Source: Cyanobacteria bacterium P01_D01_bin.156 (lineage in GTDB: Bacteria > Cyanobacteriota > Cyanobacteriia > Phormidesmidales > Phormidesmidaceae). Taken from it: a stretch of DNA of 64,000 nt. The position numbers and the translations under genes were made by a program. Within the stretch, counting starts at the first letter, position 1. Each line of letters starts with the position of its first letter. Below the pieces are notes generated by a model. It worked only from the letters and a program-made list of their open reading frames with translations, had not been told where the DNA came from and did no database searches. Location: the NCBI GenBank assembly GCA_039024555.1, contig JBCCQQ010000002.1, positions 1 to 64,000 of the forward strand, given 5' to 3'. Positions 18,986-29,909 of the stretch are shown piece after piece.

Positions 18986-20263
18986 ATGGCCCAGCTGAAA
19001 ACGCGACTATGGTTAGCAATGGCAGCACTGTTGATGATCAGTGCCTGCGGTGGCGATGATGATGGGGCATCTGAAAGTACAGATAAGACGGTGACAATTT
19101 TGGGGGTCATCGTTGGTGAACAGCAAGAGAAGCTAGAAGCGGCTTTGGTACCCTTTGAGGAAGAGACTGGAATTGAGGTTATCTACGAAGGGTCGGACTC
19201 CTTTGCCACCCTACTGCCGGTACGAGTAGAATCTGGCGATGCACCAGACATTGCCATGTTTCCCCAGCCGGGCCTAATGGCCAGTTTTGCAGAGGCTGGG
19301 CAAATGGTGCCTGTGACTGAGTTTATGGACCAATCGACCCTAGAGGCGGCTTATCCTGAGGCCTGGCTGTCATTAGCCACTGTGGATAATGGCCTTTACG
19401 GTATTTGGTACCGTGCTTCTGTAAAGAGTTTGGTATGGTATAACCCCAAAGCATTTACAGCTCAAGGGTTTACCGTGCCAACGACTTGGGATGAGCTGTT
19501 AGCCCTGAGCGATCGCATTGTGGCAGCGGGGGTAAATCCTTGGTGCATCGGTTTAGAAAGTGGCGAGGCCACCGGTTGGCCCGGTACCGACTGGATTGAA
19601 GACATTATGCTACGCACCGCTGGTCCCGATGTCTATGACCAATGGATTACCCATGCAATTCCGTTTAATGATGGTGCTGTGCAAACGGCATTTGAGGAAT
19701 TTGGCAACATTATTCTCAATGAAGCCTACGTGGTAGGCGGCTCTGTAGGCGCTATCAGCACGCCCTTTGGAGATGCCCCCCAGGGACTATTAGGGGATAC
19801 ACCCACGTGTTACTTACATCGTCAAGCCAACTTTATTTCTAGCTTTTTGCCAGAGGGGGTAAACCTCGAAGAAGATGTGGATATCTTTTTGTTGCCGGGC
19901 ATTGATCCAGCCCACGGCACACCGGTTTTGGTAGCTGGAGATTTGTTTGGCATGTTTAAAAATACCCCTGAGGCCCAGGCTCTCATGGAGTATTTGGCAA
20001 CGCCCACCCCCCATGAAATCTGGGCTGAGTTGGGGGGATTTTTATCACCCCATAAGCAAGTAAGTTTAGAAGTATATCCCGATAGTCTAAGTAAGAAACA
20101 GGCTGGCTTCTTGACCAATGCCGAGACGATTCGCTTTGATGGATCGGATATGATGCCAGGAGCTGTAGGAACTGGCACATTTTGGTCCGGTGTGGTGGAC
20201 TATGTCGCTGGTGAACCGGTAGAGGATGTGTTGGATGCCATTGAGGCAAGTTGGCCAGAATAA
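18986..20263 (+). CDS. ggtB: Alpha-glucoside (glucosylglycerol/trehalose/sucrose) ABC substrate-binding lipoprotein
   Basis: Lipobox ISAC; PDIAMFPQPG, ATGWPGTDWIED, RFDGSDMMP. Confidence 0.8.
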   Translation: MAQLKTRLWLAMAALLMISACGGDDDGASESTDKTVTILGVIVGEQQEKLEAALVPFEEETGIEVIYEGSDSFATLLPVRVESGDAPDIAMFPQPGLMASFAEAGQMVPVTEFMDQSTLEAAYPEAWLSLATVDNGLYGIWYRASVKSLVWYNPKAFTAQGFTVPTTWDELLALSDRIVAAGVNPWCIGLESGEATGWPGTDWIEDIMLRTAGPDVYDQWITHAIPFNDGAVQTAFEEFGNIILNEAYVVGGSVGAISTPFGDAPQGLLGDTPTCYLHRQANFISSFLPEGVNLEEDVDIFLLPGIDPAHGTPVLVAGDLFGMFKNTPEAQALMEYLATPTPHEIWAELGGFLSPHKQVSLEVYPDSLSKKQAGFLTNAETIRFDGSDMMPGAVGTGTFWSGVVDYVAGEPVEDVLDAIEASWPE

Positions 20264-20265
20264 AC

Positions 20266-20302
20266 AACTCACCCCGGAACTCATCCCCTCGTGGGGTGAG
20301 TT
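20266..20302 (+). other. Intercistronic stem-loop after the substrate-binding gene
   Basis: AACTCACCCCG...TGGGGTGAGTT. Confidence 0.6.
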
Positions 20303-20322
20303 AGCTCTGTAGGGAGAAAACC

Positions 20323-21372
20323 ATGTCCGATAACGTTGTGCGAGTGCTAACAGCGATTGTGGCGATCGCAACTGGTTCCATCGGTACCTTTGCCATTTTT
20401 TATGGTTTAAATCTCCTGGTGGAACGGTTTCCTCGACCTTGGAAAGATCGGATTCTGCCTTGGGTCTACATGGGACCAGCCATGCTGATGCTGACGGCCT
20501 ACCTGGTGCTACCCACACTACGTACGCTGTACCTAAGCTTTTTTGACAGTCGTTCCGTTAACTTTATTGGCCTTAAAAATTATGCCTTTGCCCTGACCAA
20601 TCCAGACATGGTCATCGCCTTTCGCAATAATCTTTTGTGGCTGATATTGGTTTCAGGGATCAGTGTCGGGCTGGGGCTGATTATTGCCGTACTGGTAGAC
20701 CGGGTAAAGTACGAGTCGGCGGCTAAGTCGCTAATCTTTTTGCCCATGGCGATTTCCTTTGTGGGGGCCAGTGTCATTTGGCGATTTGTTTACGCATTTA
20801 AACCCGCTGGTAGCGACCAGATTGGTTTACTCAATGCGGTCAGACAGTCACTGGGGCTAAAGCCGTTGGGGTGGCTAATTGAGCGAGATGGGTTGTTAGA
20901 GCCTATCTGGTCTGCGTTAGGGCTGGAGAATCTCACTCCGCTGCCTACATTATTGCCCCTAAATACCTTGGCCTTGATCACCATCATGATTTGGCTCCAG
21001 ACTGGATTTTGTATGGTGCTGCTATCGGCGGCGGTCAAGGGGATTCCCAAGGATGTCATTGAAGCAGCCCGCATTGATGGTGCCAATGAATTTCAAATTT
21101 TTCGGCGCATTATTATTCCAATGATCATGCCCACCATTACGGTAGTAACCACAACGGTGGTAGTGGCAGTACTCAAGGTGTTTGACATTGTATACGTGAT
21201 GACGGGTGGCAATCTTGATACCGATGTGATTGCCAGCCGCATGATCAAGGAAATGTTTAACTTTAGAAACTTTGGGCGCGGTAGTGCCATTGCCACAGTG
21301 CTATTGCTTGCGGTGATTCCGGTGATGGTGACGAATATTCGTCGTTTTACCCAACAGGAGGCGAATCGATGA
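20323..21372 (+). CDS. ggtC: Carbohydrate ABC permease
   Basis: EAARIDGA (EAA loop), FLPMAISFVGASVIW. Confidence 0.8.
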   Translation: MSDNVVRVLTAIVAIATGSIGTFAIFYGLNLLVERFPRPWKDRILPWVYMGPAMLMLTAYLVLPTLRTLYLSFFDSRSVNFIGLKNYAFALTNPDMVIAFRNNLLWLILVSGISVGLGLIIAVLVDRVKYESAAKSLIFLPMAISFVGASVIWRFVYAFKPAGSDQIGLLNAVRQSLGLKPLGWLIERDGLLEPIWSALGLENLTPLPTLLPLNTLALITIMIWLQTGFCMVLLSAAVKGIPKDVIEAARIDGANEFQIFRRIIIPMIMPTITVVTTTVVVAVLKVFDIVYVMTGGNLDTDVIASRMIKEMFNFRNFGRGSAIATVLLLAVIPVMVTNIRRFTQQEANR

Positions 21373-22229
21373 AAATTGCCCGCAGTAATTGGGTTAACCG
21401 GTGGCCACTGCATACGGCAGTGGTGGCAATTGCACTTTTATGGACATTGCCCACCGTTGGGTTGTTGATTAGCTCTTTTCGTCGCCAAGATGACTTATTG
21501 CAAACTGGCTGGTGGACCGTTTTGAGCCACCCGTTTGACTTAGCCCAGTTTCACATTGGTAACTATGCCGATGTATTAGCTAGCCAGGGCATGGGGCAGG
21601 CATTTTTAAATAGTTTGGTGATCTCTATTCCGGCAACAGTCATTCCGATTTCCATTGCCACCTTTGCGGCCTATGCCCTAGCTTGGATGCAGTTTCCAGG
21701 ACGACAGCTGTTGTTTATGACCATTGTGGGGCTACTGGTGGTACCGCTGCAGATGACGCTGATTCCCGTATTGCGGGCCTACAATGAGCTGGGTTTGGCT
21801 GGCAGTTTTCTGGCGGTTTGGCTGGCACACACGGGCTATGGTTTGCCCTTGGGAATTTATTTATTGCGTAACTACATTGGGTCGCTACCGCGAGACCTGA
21901 TTGAAGCTGCCGCTGTGGATGGAGCTTCCCACTTAAAGATTTTTATGCGGCTAATTGTGCCATTATCTATGCCTGCGATCGCATCTTTCGCCGTATTTCA
22001 GTTCCTGTGGGTATGGAATGACCTGCTGGTGGCTCTGGTATACCTGGGCGGCAACCAGGAGGTAGCCCCAGTGACTATCGTGCTACGTAACCTGGTAGGA
22101 GATCGAGGCCAGGATTGGCACCTGCTCACAGCTGGCGCATTTATCTCAATGGTGGTGCCATTGGCTGTCTTTTTTGCTCTACAGCGATATTTTGTTCGGG
22201 GACTACTGGCAGGATCTGTGAAGGGCTAG
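21369..22229 (+). CDS. ggtD: Carbohydrate ABC permease
   Basis: EAAAVDGA, FQFLWVWNDLL, QRYFVRGLLAGSVKG; ATGA overlap with the upstream gene. Confidence 0.8.
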   Translation: MKIARSNWVNRWPLHTAVVAIALLWTLPTVGLLISSFRRQDDLLQTGWWTVLSHPFDLAQFHIGNYADVLASQGMGQAFLNSLVISIPATVIPISIATFAAYALAWMQFPGRQLLFMTIVGLLVVPLQMTLIPVLRAYNELGLAGSFLAVWLAHTGYGLPLGIYLLRNYIGSLPRDLIEAAAVDGASHLKIFMRLIVPLSMPAIASFAVFQFLWVWNDLLVALVYLGGNQEVAPVTIVLRNLVGDRGQDWHLLTAGAFISMVVPLAVFFALQRYFVRGLLAGSVKG

Positions 22230-22564
22230 TCGCTGGCTTTTCACGCCTATTTTTGTTTCGAATATGGGCTCACGATAATTGGAACAGTACCAATACATAC
22301 TGTTGTGGCGAAGAATCTGTACTAACAGTAAGTTATTGCAGCAACGAAAATTGATGCAACTCCAGAGTCCTAATCGCGAGCCCACATCGATTGCTGATGT
22401 TGAGATTATGCATATGAATGTGTAATACTCAAAAAAATTTAGATTTTCTTTTGATTCTGGATTTTATAGACCCAGACGTGCCTAACCCAGTTGGCTGAGG
22501 TTAGGGATTTACCAGGCTGCCGAGATTAGCTCTGGGGTTTCAATAACACTTTGGACAATTCACT

Positions 22565-22942
22565 ATGCAACGTACCAATAATTCTGGGTCTAAGTTTCTA
22601 GTAGAGAAAATCGCTAGTGTGGTATCCGATTACCCCATCTACCCTTATCAACTGGCTTTAAGTAATAAAGCCATCCAGAACTTACTGCTGGATTATGTTG
22701 AATGCCAATTAAAACAGCTAATGCCAGAGCTTGAGTATCCTGACTACTGGCAACAACTACCGCGATATGTCAATAAGCGAGTGGATTTAGAACTGCATTT
22801 AGACAGTTACATTTACTGGGGCATCGAGTACATTATCCAGAATCAATTTGATGTCCTTATGGATGTGGAAAAATCCTCAAACCCCACATGGAACGCGCAG
22901 GATATGAATAAAGGCAGCGTACCTTCCAATTGGTTTGGCTAA
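22565..22942 (+). CDS. Hypothetical protein
   Basis: 125-aa ORF with YPYQLA and C-terminal PSNWFG. Confidence 0.6.
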   Translation: MQRTNNSGSKFLVEKIASVVSDYPIYPYQLALSNKAIQNLLLDYVECQLKQLMPELEYPDYWQQLPRYVNKRVDLELHLDSYIYWGIEYIIQNQFDVLMDVEKSSNPTWNAQDMNKGSVPSNWFG

Positions 22943-23141
22943 TATTTTGCCAAAATCATTTTTTCAGATTAAAACGGATGACTTGGCTGGGTTCATGGCA
23001 AACGCAGGGTATGGCCTTGAGCCTGTTTTAGAAAAATCAAGGCCAGATAACGCTTTCAATAACTTTTCAGTTCAGAACAGAGCCTGATGGTTCATCAGGC
23101 CAGCCTGTTATCAGACTCTTAGTTCGATCAACGGGTTGGTT

Positions 23142-23945
23142 TTAGTCTCGGCTCAACGCCTTTGTCCCCTCTTCCTCGTCCGCTTCTAAAGCAGTAACTA
23201 CCGGCATTGTTAACTCGACTTTATTATTAGCTTCAGTCACCTCACCTTCACCAACAGCTTCGCTCACCTCGGTTTCCACCCGTTTCGAAAAGCCCCAGGC
23301 AAAGATCGCAGCGATCAAGGTTACCATGGCCCAATCCGGAATAACCCAAGCCTCGTTGATGACGCGGACCAACAGGCGCAGACCGACAAAGGCTACAGTG
23401 ACAAATCCAGCATCTTCCAGATATACGTATTCATCTAGCCAGCGGATAAAGAGACCCGCCATAAATCGTAGGGCAATGATGCCAATAGCACCGCCTAGCA
23501 AAATGATAGCGACTTCATCTGACAGAGCAATGGCGGTAGTTACGCTGTCTAACGAAAAGGCTAAATCTGTAAAGGCAATAATTGGAATCGCCTGCCATAG
23601 GGACGCAAACTTGGGCCCACGGTGTTGCTCGTCCTCGTCTTCTCCACCAGTAAAGTGCTGATATACCAGCCACAGTAGATAGGCAGCACCCGCCACTTCA
23701 AATTGCCAGAACTTGAGCACCCAGCTGGCCGTCAAAATTAGGGTCATCCGTAGGATAAAAGCAACGAGCAATCCTATATTTAAGGCCCGTTTTTGCTGTT
23801 CGGCTGATTCTAACCCCTGGGCAATGGCAGCCAATGCGATCGCATTATCCGCTGATAAGACCGCCTCTAGTGCGATCAGCACCGGCAGTAAAACTAACGT
23901 ATCTAGGCCTAAGTTAGGCGACCATTCGAGTAACTGATCTAACAT
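23142..23945 (-). CDS. TerC family membrane protein
   Basis: LEAVLSADNA, DLAFSLDSV. Confidence 0.92.
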   Translation of the reverse strand: MLDQLLEWSPNLGLDTLVLLPVLIALEAVLSADNAIALAAIAQGLESAEQQKRALNIGLLVAFILRMTLILTASWVLKFWQFEVAGAAYLLWLVYQHFTGGEDEDEQHRGPKFASLWQAIPIIAFTDLAFSLDSVTTAIALSDEVAIILLGGAIGIIALRFMAGLFIRWLDEYVYLEDAGFVTVAFVGLRLLVRVINEAWVIPDWAMVTLIAAIFAWGFSKRVETEVSEAVGEGEVTEANNKVELTMPVVTALEADEEEGTKALSRD

Positions 23946-24073
23946 TTAGCCCCTAGCAGTCTGCAGTCTTTTAGAGTAAACATCTTTTGTAATCGGGACT
24001 AGCGACACCCTTGTTTAGAATAGATCGGATACAATCCACCGCTCCTTTTTATCAGGGAAACTAAAGTTCCTGA

Positions 24074-24787
24074 ATGCCTGTGCTTCCTAACCTGTTCGCC
24101 CAATTTCGTCACCAGCATGCCAACGGTAGCCTCATCACAGAACTGCTGATGCCCCATGCCGAGCAATACCTAGTCAAAGCAACTATCAGCATTGAAGGCC
24201 AGGTCATTGGTACTGCCCTGGCAGCTGACAAAGATTTAGCAGCAGCAGACGATCAGGCCAAAGCAAGAGTGCTAGCAATGCTAGGTTTTGCCCAAGAGCC
24301 AACGGCGCTTACGGTTTCCCAGGAACCACTAGCCTCGGGTGTGGTGGCTAGCCAGGAAAATCATCCCCCCCATGACCAGCCCGACGTCAAAGCAATGGCT
24401 GCCGACAAGAACCCTGCGGCAGTGTCCACTGTGGCATCTGATGAGCCTGAACCAAACGATTCTAACGAGGCGTTAGAGGGTGACGACGACATGGGCCGCC
24501 CCCTAGATAGCTTTACCCCTGAGGAAGCACCTGCACCTGCTGAAGTGCCAGCCTCTTCATTAGCCGCAACCGCCATTGAAAACTTTGACGATACCCACCC
24601 AGTAGATCTCTCAGATATCATCGCTCAGACTGACGTAGAAATGACCCGTCTGGGTTGGAGTAGCAGTCAAGGACGTAGCTACCTAGAACAAACATTTCAT
24701 AAACGCTCACGCCAGCAGCTAACCGATGAAGAACTGCTGACGTTTCTTCTATATCTAGAATCCCAAACAACGCCTAGTCTCGGGTGA
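24074..24787 (+). CDS. Hypothetical protein with an acidic linker
   Basis: C-terminal DLSDIIAQTDVEMTRLGW...KRSRQQLTDEELL helical domain. Confidence 0.8.
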   Translation: MPVLPNLFAQFRHQHANGSLITELLMPHAEQYLVKATISIEGQVIGTALAADKDLAAADDQAKARVLAMLGFAQEPTALTVSQEPLASGVVASQENHPPHDQPDVKAMAADKNPAAVSTVASDEPEPNDSNEALEGDDDMGRPLDSFTPEEAPAPAEVPASSLAATAIENFDDTHPVDLSDIIAQTDVEMTRLGWSSSQGRSYLEQTFHKRSRQQLTDEELLTFLLYLESQTTPSLG

Positions 24788-24794
24788 TTCTAAG

Positions 24795-25400
24795 CTATTC
24801 CACTACAGTGGGTCGACTACCAATGGCGTGGCGATCGATCACCTGGTCAATCAGACCGTATTCAACCGCTTCATTGGGAGACATAAAGAAATCCCGCTCG
24901 GTATCTTCTGTAATCCGGTCAATGGGCTGACTGGTGTGCTCTGCTAGCGCATCGTTCAGCGTCTTCTTAATGTAGAGGATTTCCTTGGCCTGAATTTCAA
25001 TATCAGTAGCCTGACCTTGGGCACCGCCCAGGGGCTGGTGAATCATAATACGGGAGTTCGGTAAACTCAACCGCTTCCCTTTAGTCCCTGCACTCAGCAA
25101 AAAGGCACCCATACTGGCCGCTAGCCCCACACAGATAGTGGAGACGTCCGGCTTGATGTGATTCATGGTGTCAAAGATGCCCAGACCGTCATACACCGAG
25201 CCACCGGGGGAGTTGATATATAGGAAGATATCCTTCTCTGGATCCTCAGCTTCCAAAAACAGCATCTGCGCCACAATCAGATTGGCTGATTCAGCGGTCA
25301 CCTGCTGCCCTAAAAAAACAATGCGCTCCCGTAGAAGGCGGGAGTAGATATCAAAGGCGCGTTCACCGCGACCCGATTGCTCAATAACGGTTGGGATCAT
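24795..25400 (-). CDS. clpP: ATP-dependent Clp protease proteolytic subunit (ClpP1-type)
   Basis: [32 protein letters not shown]. Confidence 0.97.
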   Translation of the reverse strand: MIPTVIEQSGRGERAFDIYSRLLRERIVFLGQQVTAESANLIVAQMLFLEAEDPEKDIFLYINSPGGSVYDGLGIFDTMNHIKPDVSTICVGLAASMGAFLLSAGTKGKRLSLPNSRIMIHQPLGGAQGQATDIEIQAKEILYIKKTLNDALAEHTSQPIDRITEDTERDFFMSPNEAVEYGLIDQVIDRHAIGSRPTVVE

Positions 25401-26346
25401 AAGGGCCTAAGCGTATGGGTTCACTTAATCATAATGATTGTACAGACTTAGTCGGACCAATGGGGGAGTGCGGATACCCGACTATGGGCTGCAATCAAAA
25501 ATGACGTGTCCGTAAATGACACACCTATGACGTGAGCGGCTCATATATATGTAGGTTCTACACGCGCCTTCTTTTATGGGAGCTGCTAAAAATATCACTG
25601 GCTTTTTAACTCAGCTTGTCTGGCTAGAGCTAAAGGAGATTTTTATTGAAAATCAAGCATATGGGCAGCAGATCGCCTCTACAGTGCTGTGTTTTAATCC
25701 ACTACTAAAAAACTTTGTATACACTGCTAAAAAACATCCATGGCACTATCAACAAGCTATTTGGTAGCTAAATGTACAAGTTATTTAAGTGGCTTAGAAA
25801 CAGCAAATATCAACCACTACCAACACGAGCAATTTCTTCTATATTAAAAATAGGACTGAAGGGGACCATCGGTTTAAGGTTGGCCACTATTCTGTTGTTT
25901 AACTATCCTTGGTTTTGGCGAGGGAATTCAGCCATTTCTAGTAATTAAATGCAATCTACCGGACAGCGTCACTGTGCCTCGGATACTTGAGCCACAGTTC
26001 TAGGCTCTGTGCTGCTAAGTCGGACTGGATAGATTTGGGAACTATGGAATCGTGCAAACAGCCTGAACAGATAACTTGCCTGATACCCATGGATTGACTA
26101 AAGGTAAGTCAATTGCATTGTCAATGTTTCAATCACTTTCACGATGCAATTGACCCATATCCAAGGGATTAATTTATTGCTTTGAGTCGTTCCTGTTTAG
26201 GGATGAAAAGATACATAACTGGCGCTTGGCCTGTATCTGATCGACAAAGATATGCCGTGCCTCGGTCATGCTTTTGTCCTCTTGTTGACTCTAAACGTGA
26301 AGAGCTCTCGTTGAGTCAGCACTTCTGAGCAAAGAACAGCAGCGCC

Positions 26347-28863
26347 TTGTTTTTACTACCAGAATCAGTGTCCTCCACCAAACTTCCTCGTACCCTGTCT
26401 CTAATTGAGACCCTGGGCTTTGGCCTAACTGGTCTATTGCTATGGTTAGGTGTGGCCCCAGGTGCCCATGCAGAGCTAGGGTTACAAGCTATGTGGGTCT
26501 GGATTCCAGGCTCGCTATTAGGGATAGTCATCAACGTACAGGTAAGACAGCTAGGTCAACAACTGCCGGATGTTGCTGGCGGCACCCCCAACTATTTGAC
26601 CCACTTGTTACCCGAAAAACGATGGCTAACATCCTATGCCGCCATTGGTTATTTTCTTAGCTGGGTTGCGGTCATACCCGTCAATGCCATCATTCTCACC
26701 AATCTAATTGAGACCTATTTGCCATCTTTAGGGATTGCAGTACCAGAGATAGCACTCAAAATGGGCTTTGTTTTGATGGCTTTTGTAGTCGCGTTTAGCG
26801 GCAGTCGTGCCCTCAGCATATTGCACCTAGCATTTTTGTTACCTGCTGTTGGCTTATTGTTACTCTTTTGTACCCAAGGCAGTATTTGGTTAATGGTTTC
26901 ATCCCCTCATCATGAAATCATCACATCTGAATTTTCCATTCAAGGATGGGCCAAGTGGTATCTCAATGGCACCTATGCGTTTTACGCATGTGAAACAGCT
27001 TCGGTATTTGTCGCCGATAGTAAACAGCCCAGTCGTACTCTGACTAGTTTATTAATCGCCGCTGGATTGATTCCAGTGGTCTATGTGGCAGGTTCATGGT
27101 TGTTGCTGTGCAGCCCCATTGATGTTACTGAATCAACCGATACATTTCTGACATTACTGACGGCGGCAAGACCCTACTGGGGTGCTACGGCTCCACTGCT
27201 TATCACTTTTCTAGTGGTATCCAGCTGTTTATTGTCTATGGCTACAGCTGTTTCTATTACACCCAGAATTTTGTATCAGCTTGCTCAAGATAAGCATATT
27301 TCTCCAGTCTTTGGTCAAGTGTCTCCTCAAGGCGTCTTTGAACCTGGTTTATGGCTGACCCTACTGCTCAGCTTGGTGTTTCTTTCCTGGGGAGATCTGG
27401 ATGAGATTGTTATGGTCACTGGTGTGGGTTGGTTAGTGGCCTTTATCGTATTGCATTGGGGAATTGGGTCACAGCCAAAAGACTCGAGTATTAGTCCACC
27501 GTGGTTGGCATTGATCATGGCTGTTTGTGAAACAGCCATTCTTTGCATTGGAGGATGGGCTTGGGGCATACATAATTTTGCTATTGGTTTGTTGTTACCT
27601 TGGGGAATTGTCCTTGGTAACTATCTGGTGAGTAGTATATTGCCACGTTGGTTATCTTCCTTGACATGGCAAGGGCCTGTCTGGCAAAGAAACAGCCGAA
27701 ACTTTGACAATTTAATTCCTGTTCAAATTGCTACTTTAGTAGGTTTTATTAGTGTTACTAGCATTATTAGTTGGTATGCCAGTGCTGCTGTAGCTCGTAT
27801 TGATACTGAACTCCCTATCGACTTTTTGGTGGTGTTAGTGCTGGTCATGTCGTTCGTGGGCGTTGCCATCGCCTGCTGGACAATTTTCCCAAAAATGGTG
27901 GCTGTTGACGATGCGCGTAAATCTGCAGAGGCGCTGAGCGAAGAGCTGGAGTCTACATTGCAGACGTTACAACACACCCAGGTGCAAATGATTCAACAGG
28001 AGAAACTCTCTAGCTTGGGAGCTTTGGTTGCCGGCGTTGCCCACGAGATTAATAATCCGGTGAGCTTTATTCATGGCAATCTTTTTCATGCTCAGAACTA
28101 CACCCAAGACCTATTAAGTCTGGTAAGTCTGTATCAACAGCATTATCCAGAACCGGTGGCTGAGATTGATACCGTGGTGGAAGAGATTGATCTGGATTTT
28201 CTTCAGGAGGATTTACCTAAAGTCCTAGGTTCGATGAATGTGGGTACTGAGCGTATCTGTGCCATCGTTTCATCCCTGCGAAACTTCTCTCGCAAAGATG
28301 AGGCTGAGCTTAAGTCTGTAGATATTCACGATGGCTTGGACAGCACTCTGGCTTTGCTACAACATCGATTAAAAGCAACAGCTTTGCGCCCTGAGATTCG
28401 AGTCGTTAAGCACTATGGCAGTTTACCCCAAGTGGAATGTTATCCAAGTCAGCTGAATCAGGTGTTTATGAACATTTTTAGCAATGCTGTTGATGCTATG
28501 GAGATGTGTGAGCAAGCAGAAGCTGAGGATAACGCTGCTGCGTCTGACAAAGCAGGTAATAATCCATACAAGGTGACGATTCGAACACGTCAGGTGAAGG
28601 CCAAATCGGTGGAAATTGCGATCGCAGATAGCGGCCCAGGTATTTCGGATACGGTAAAAGCTCGCATTTTTGAACCGTTTTTTACCACCAAGCCCATTGG
28701 CAAAGGTACAGGCATTGGCATGTCCATTAGCTATCAAATTGTCACCCAAAAGCATCAGGGCCAGCTGTCTTGTGAGTCTATTGTGGGGCAAGGAGCCAAC
28801 TTTATCGTGCGGATCCCGATTTGCCAGACTGAGACTACCGTTCAGTCAGTTTCAAACGGTTGA
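26347..28863 (+). CDS. APC-family amino acid permease fused to a histidine kinase
   Basis: Multi-TM N-half (AGGTPNY, PRILYQLAQD) plus LVAGVAHEINNP, QLNQVF.N, DSGPG, FFTTKPIGKGTG. Confidence 0.9.
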   Translation: MFLLPESVSSTKLPRTLSLIETLGFGLTGLLLWLGVAPGAHAELGLQAMWVWIPGSLLGIVINVQVRQLGQQLPDVAGGTPNYLTHLLPEKRWLTSYAAIGYFLSWVAVIPVNAIILTNLIETYLPSLGIAVPEIALKMGFVLMAFVVAFSGSRALSILHLAFLLPAVGLLLLFCTQGSIWLMVSSPHHEIITSEFSIQGWAKWYLNGTYAFYACETASVFVADSKQPSRTLTSLLIAAGLIPVVYVAGSWLLLCSPIDVTESTDTFLTLLTAARPYWGATAPLLITFLVVSSCLLSMATAVSITPRILYQLAQDKHISPVFGQVSPQGVFEPGLWLTLLLSLVFLSWGDLDEIVMVTGVGWLVAFIVLHWGIGSQPKDSSISPPWLALIMAVCETAILCIGGWAWGIHNFAIGLLLPWGIVLGNYLVSSILPRWLSSLTWQGPVWQRNSRNFDNLIPVQIATLVGFISVTSIISWYASAAVARIDTELPIDFLVVLVLVMSFVGVAIACWTIFPKMVAVDDARKSAEALSEELESTLQTLQHTQVQMIQQEKLSSLGALVAGVAHEINNPVSFIHGNLFHAQNYTQDLLSLVSLYQQHYPEPVAEIDTVVEEIDLDFLQEDLPKVLGSMNVGTERICAIVSSLRNFSRKDEAELKSVDIHDGLDSTLALLQHRLKATALRPEIRVVKHYGSLPQVECYPSQLNQVFMNIFSNAVDAMEMCEQAEAEDNAAASDKAGNNPYKVTIRTRQVKAKSVEIAIADSGPGISDTVKARIFEPFFTTKPIGKGTGIGMSISYQIVTQKHQGQLSCESIVGQGANFIVRIPICQTETTVQSVSNG

Positions 28864-29249
28864 AACCATTGTTGCTTCAGCCCCAAATCTAAAACTAGAC
28901 GGATACCTAAAAAGAGACCAAAGCTCTCACCAACAGGTAATCCTAACGGTAGGATTTCAGCAAGGGCAATGTCGTCGGGCCACAGACCTTCAAGCTGGCC
29001 GAGGCCACGGGTCAAGGCAAAGGCACCCACAGCCCCACTCCTAAGGTGAGGGTTCGAGTCATTCCGAACAATATAGCGATAGGTCACACCAAACAGAAAA
29101 GCAGAAACTGTGGCGACGGCAATGCGCACAATATAAGCATTTGAGCCCCAAACATTAGGCTGCAACGTTGCTAATGCCATGCTGAGCAGGACACCTGTCA
29201 GCGCTGCAATGCCACCAGCTTTAATTGATTCAATGCGTTCTGGGTCCAT
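28842..29249 (-). CDS. Hypothetical membrane protein
   Basis: [24 protein letters not shown]. Confidence 0.8.
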   Translation of the reverse strand: MDPERIESIKAGGIAALTGVLLSMALATLQPNVWGSNAYIVRIAVATVSAFLFGVTYRYIVRNDSNPHLRSGAVGAFALTRGLGQLEGLWPDDIALAEILPLGLPVGESFGLFLGIRLVLDLGLKQQWFQPFETD

Positions 29250-29365
29250 GCCGTCTGTTTTTGGGCAATAATTTTGCCATTAATCAAAAATTGGGTATTA
29301 ATCTACCGTATGATAGAAACAGCCTGTTAGGCGATACGTTTCATTTAGTAAGCAAGTTAGGCGAT

Positions 29366-29455
29366 ATGGATATTTTGTCTTTGGGTTGGGTAGCGTTGCT
29401 CGCTTTCTTTAGCTTCTCTATTTCAATGGTGATCTGGGGCCGTAACGGTTTTTAG
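29366..29455 (+). CDS. petN: Cytochrome b6f subunit PetN
   Basis: [29 protein letters not shown] (29 aa). Confidence 0.95.
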   Translation: MDILSLGWVALLAFFSFSISMVIWGRNGF

Positions 29456-29484
29456 ATTGCTAGCCTTTTGTTTAGTGAGTATCC

Positions 29485-29667
29485 ATGACAGGTGAATTAG
29501 AAGCCCAGGCATATAGCGTTTTAGCAACTTTTGCGGCTCTTCTCCTTGTATTAGTAACTGGAGGAGTCGTATATTTAACCGCTGTTGAGTGGCGCGATAA
29601 GCGTCAGCGCACTCAAGAAGCGCTCGATAATCGGAAACCTGTAGCTAAGCGCCGAAAGAAGAAGTAG
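29485..29667 (+). CDS. Small single-TM protein
   Basis: Hydrophobic helix ending GGVVYLTAVEWRD, then a basic tail. Confidence 0.75.
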   Translation: MTGELEAQAYSVLATFAALLLVLVTGGVVYLTAVEWRDKRQRTQEALDNRKPVAKRRKKK

Positions 29668-29741
29668 ACCGCCTATTAGTCTGATGTTCAGGCTTGAGTC
29701 TATGATTTAATCACCTCAGTATTGACCATCTTAGAGTTCAG

Positions 29742-29777
29742 AAAATTGCCCTGGGCGTTGAGCCAGGGCAATTTTTT
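29742..29777 (+). terminator. Rho-independent terminator
   Basis: AAAATTGCCCTGG...CCAGGGCAATTTTTT. Confidence 0.8.
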
Positions 29778-29909
29778 GCTTTATTAGGCGATTAACGCAA
29801 GCGCTACACACTCAGGTATCGGGTTGACCTGTCGATGGTGGATAGATTTGAGGCAAATGGTCTGTTACAGTGTTTGCCTTGTCTATCTGCTGTTTTGTCT
29901 CTATAACCA

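Noticed and set aside
22287..22300. GTA-N8-TAC NtcA-like site
   Set aside because: A six-base match expected by chance; no correctly spaced -10 element identified
25576..25767. 63-aa ORF in the clpP/permease-kinase intergenic region
   Set aside because: No recognisable motif or ribosome-binding site; I also found no convincing structured RNA in 25400-26340
29225..29365. N-terminal extension of the petN ORF
   Set aside because: PetN homology begins at ATG 29366
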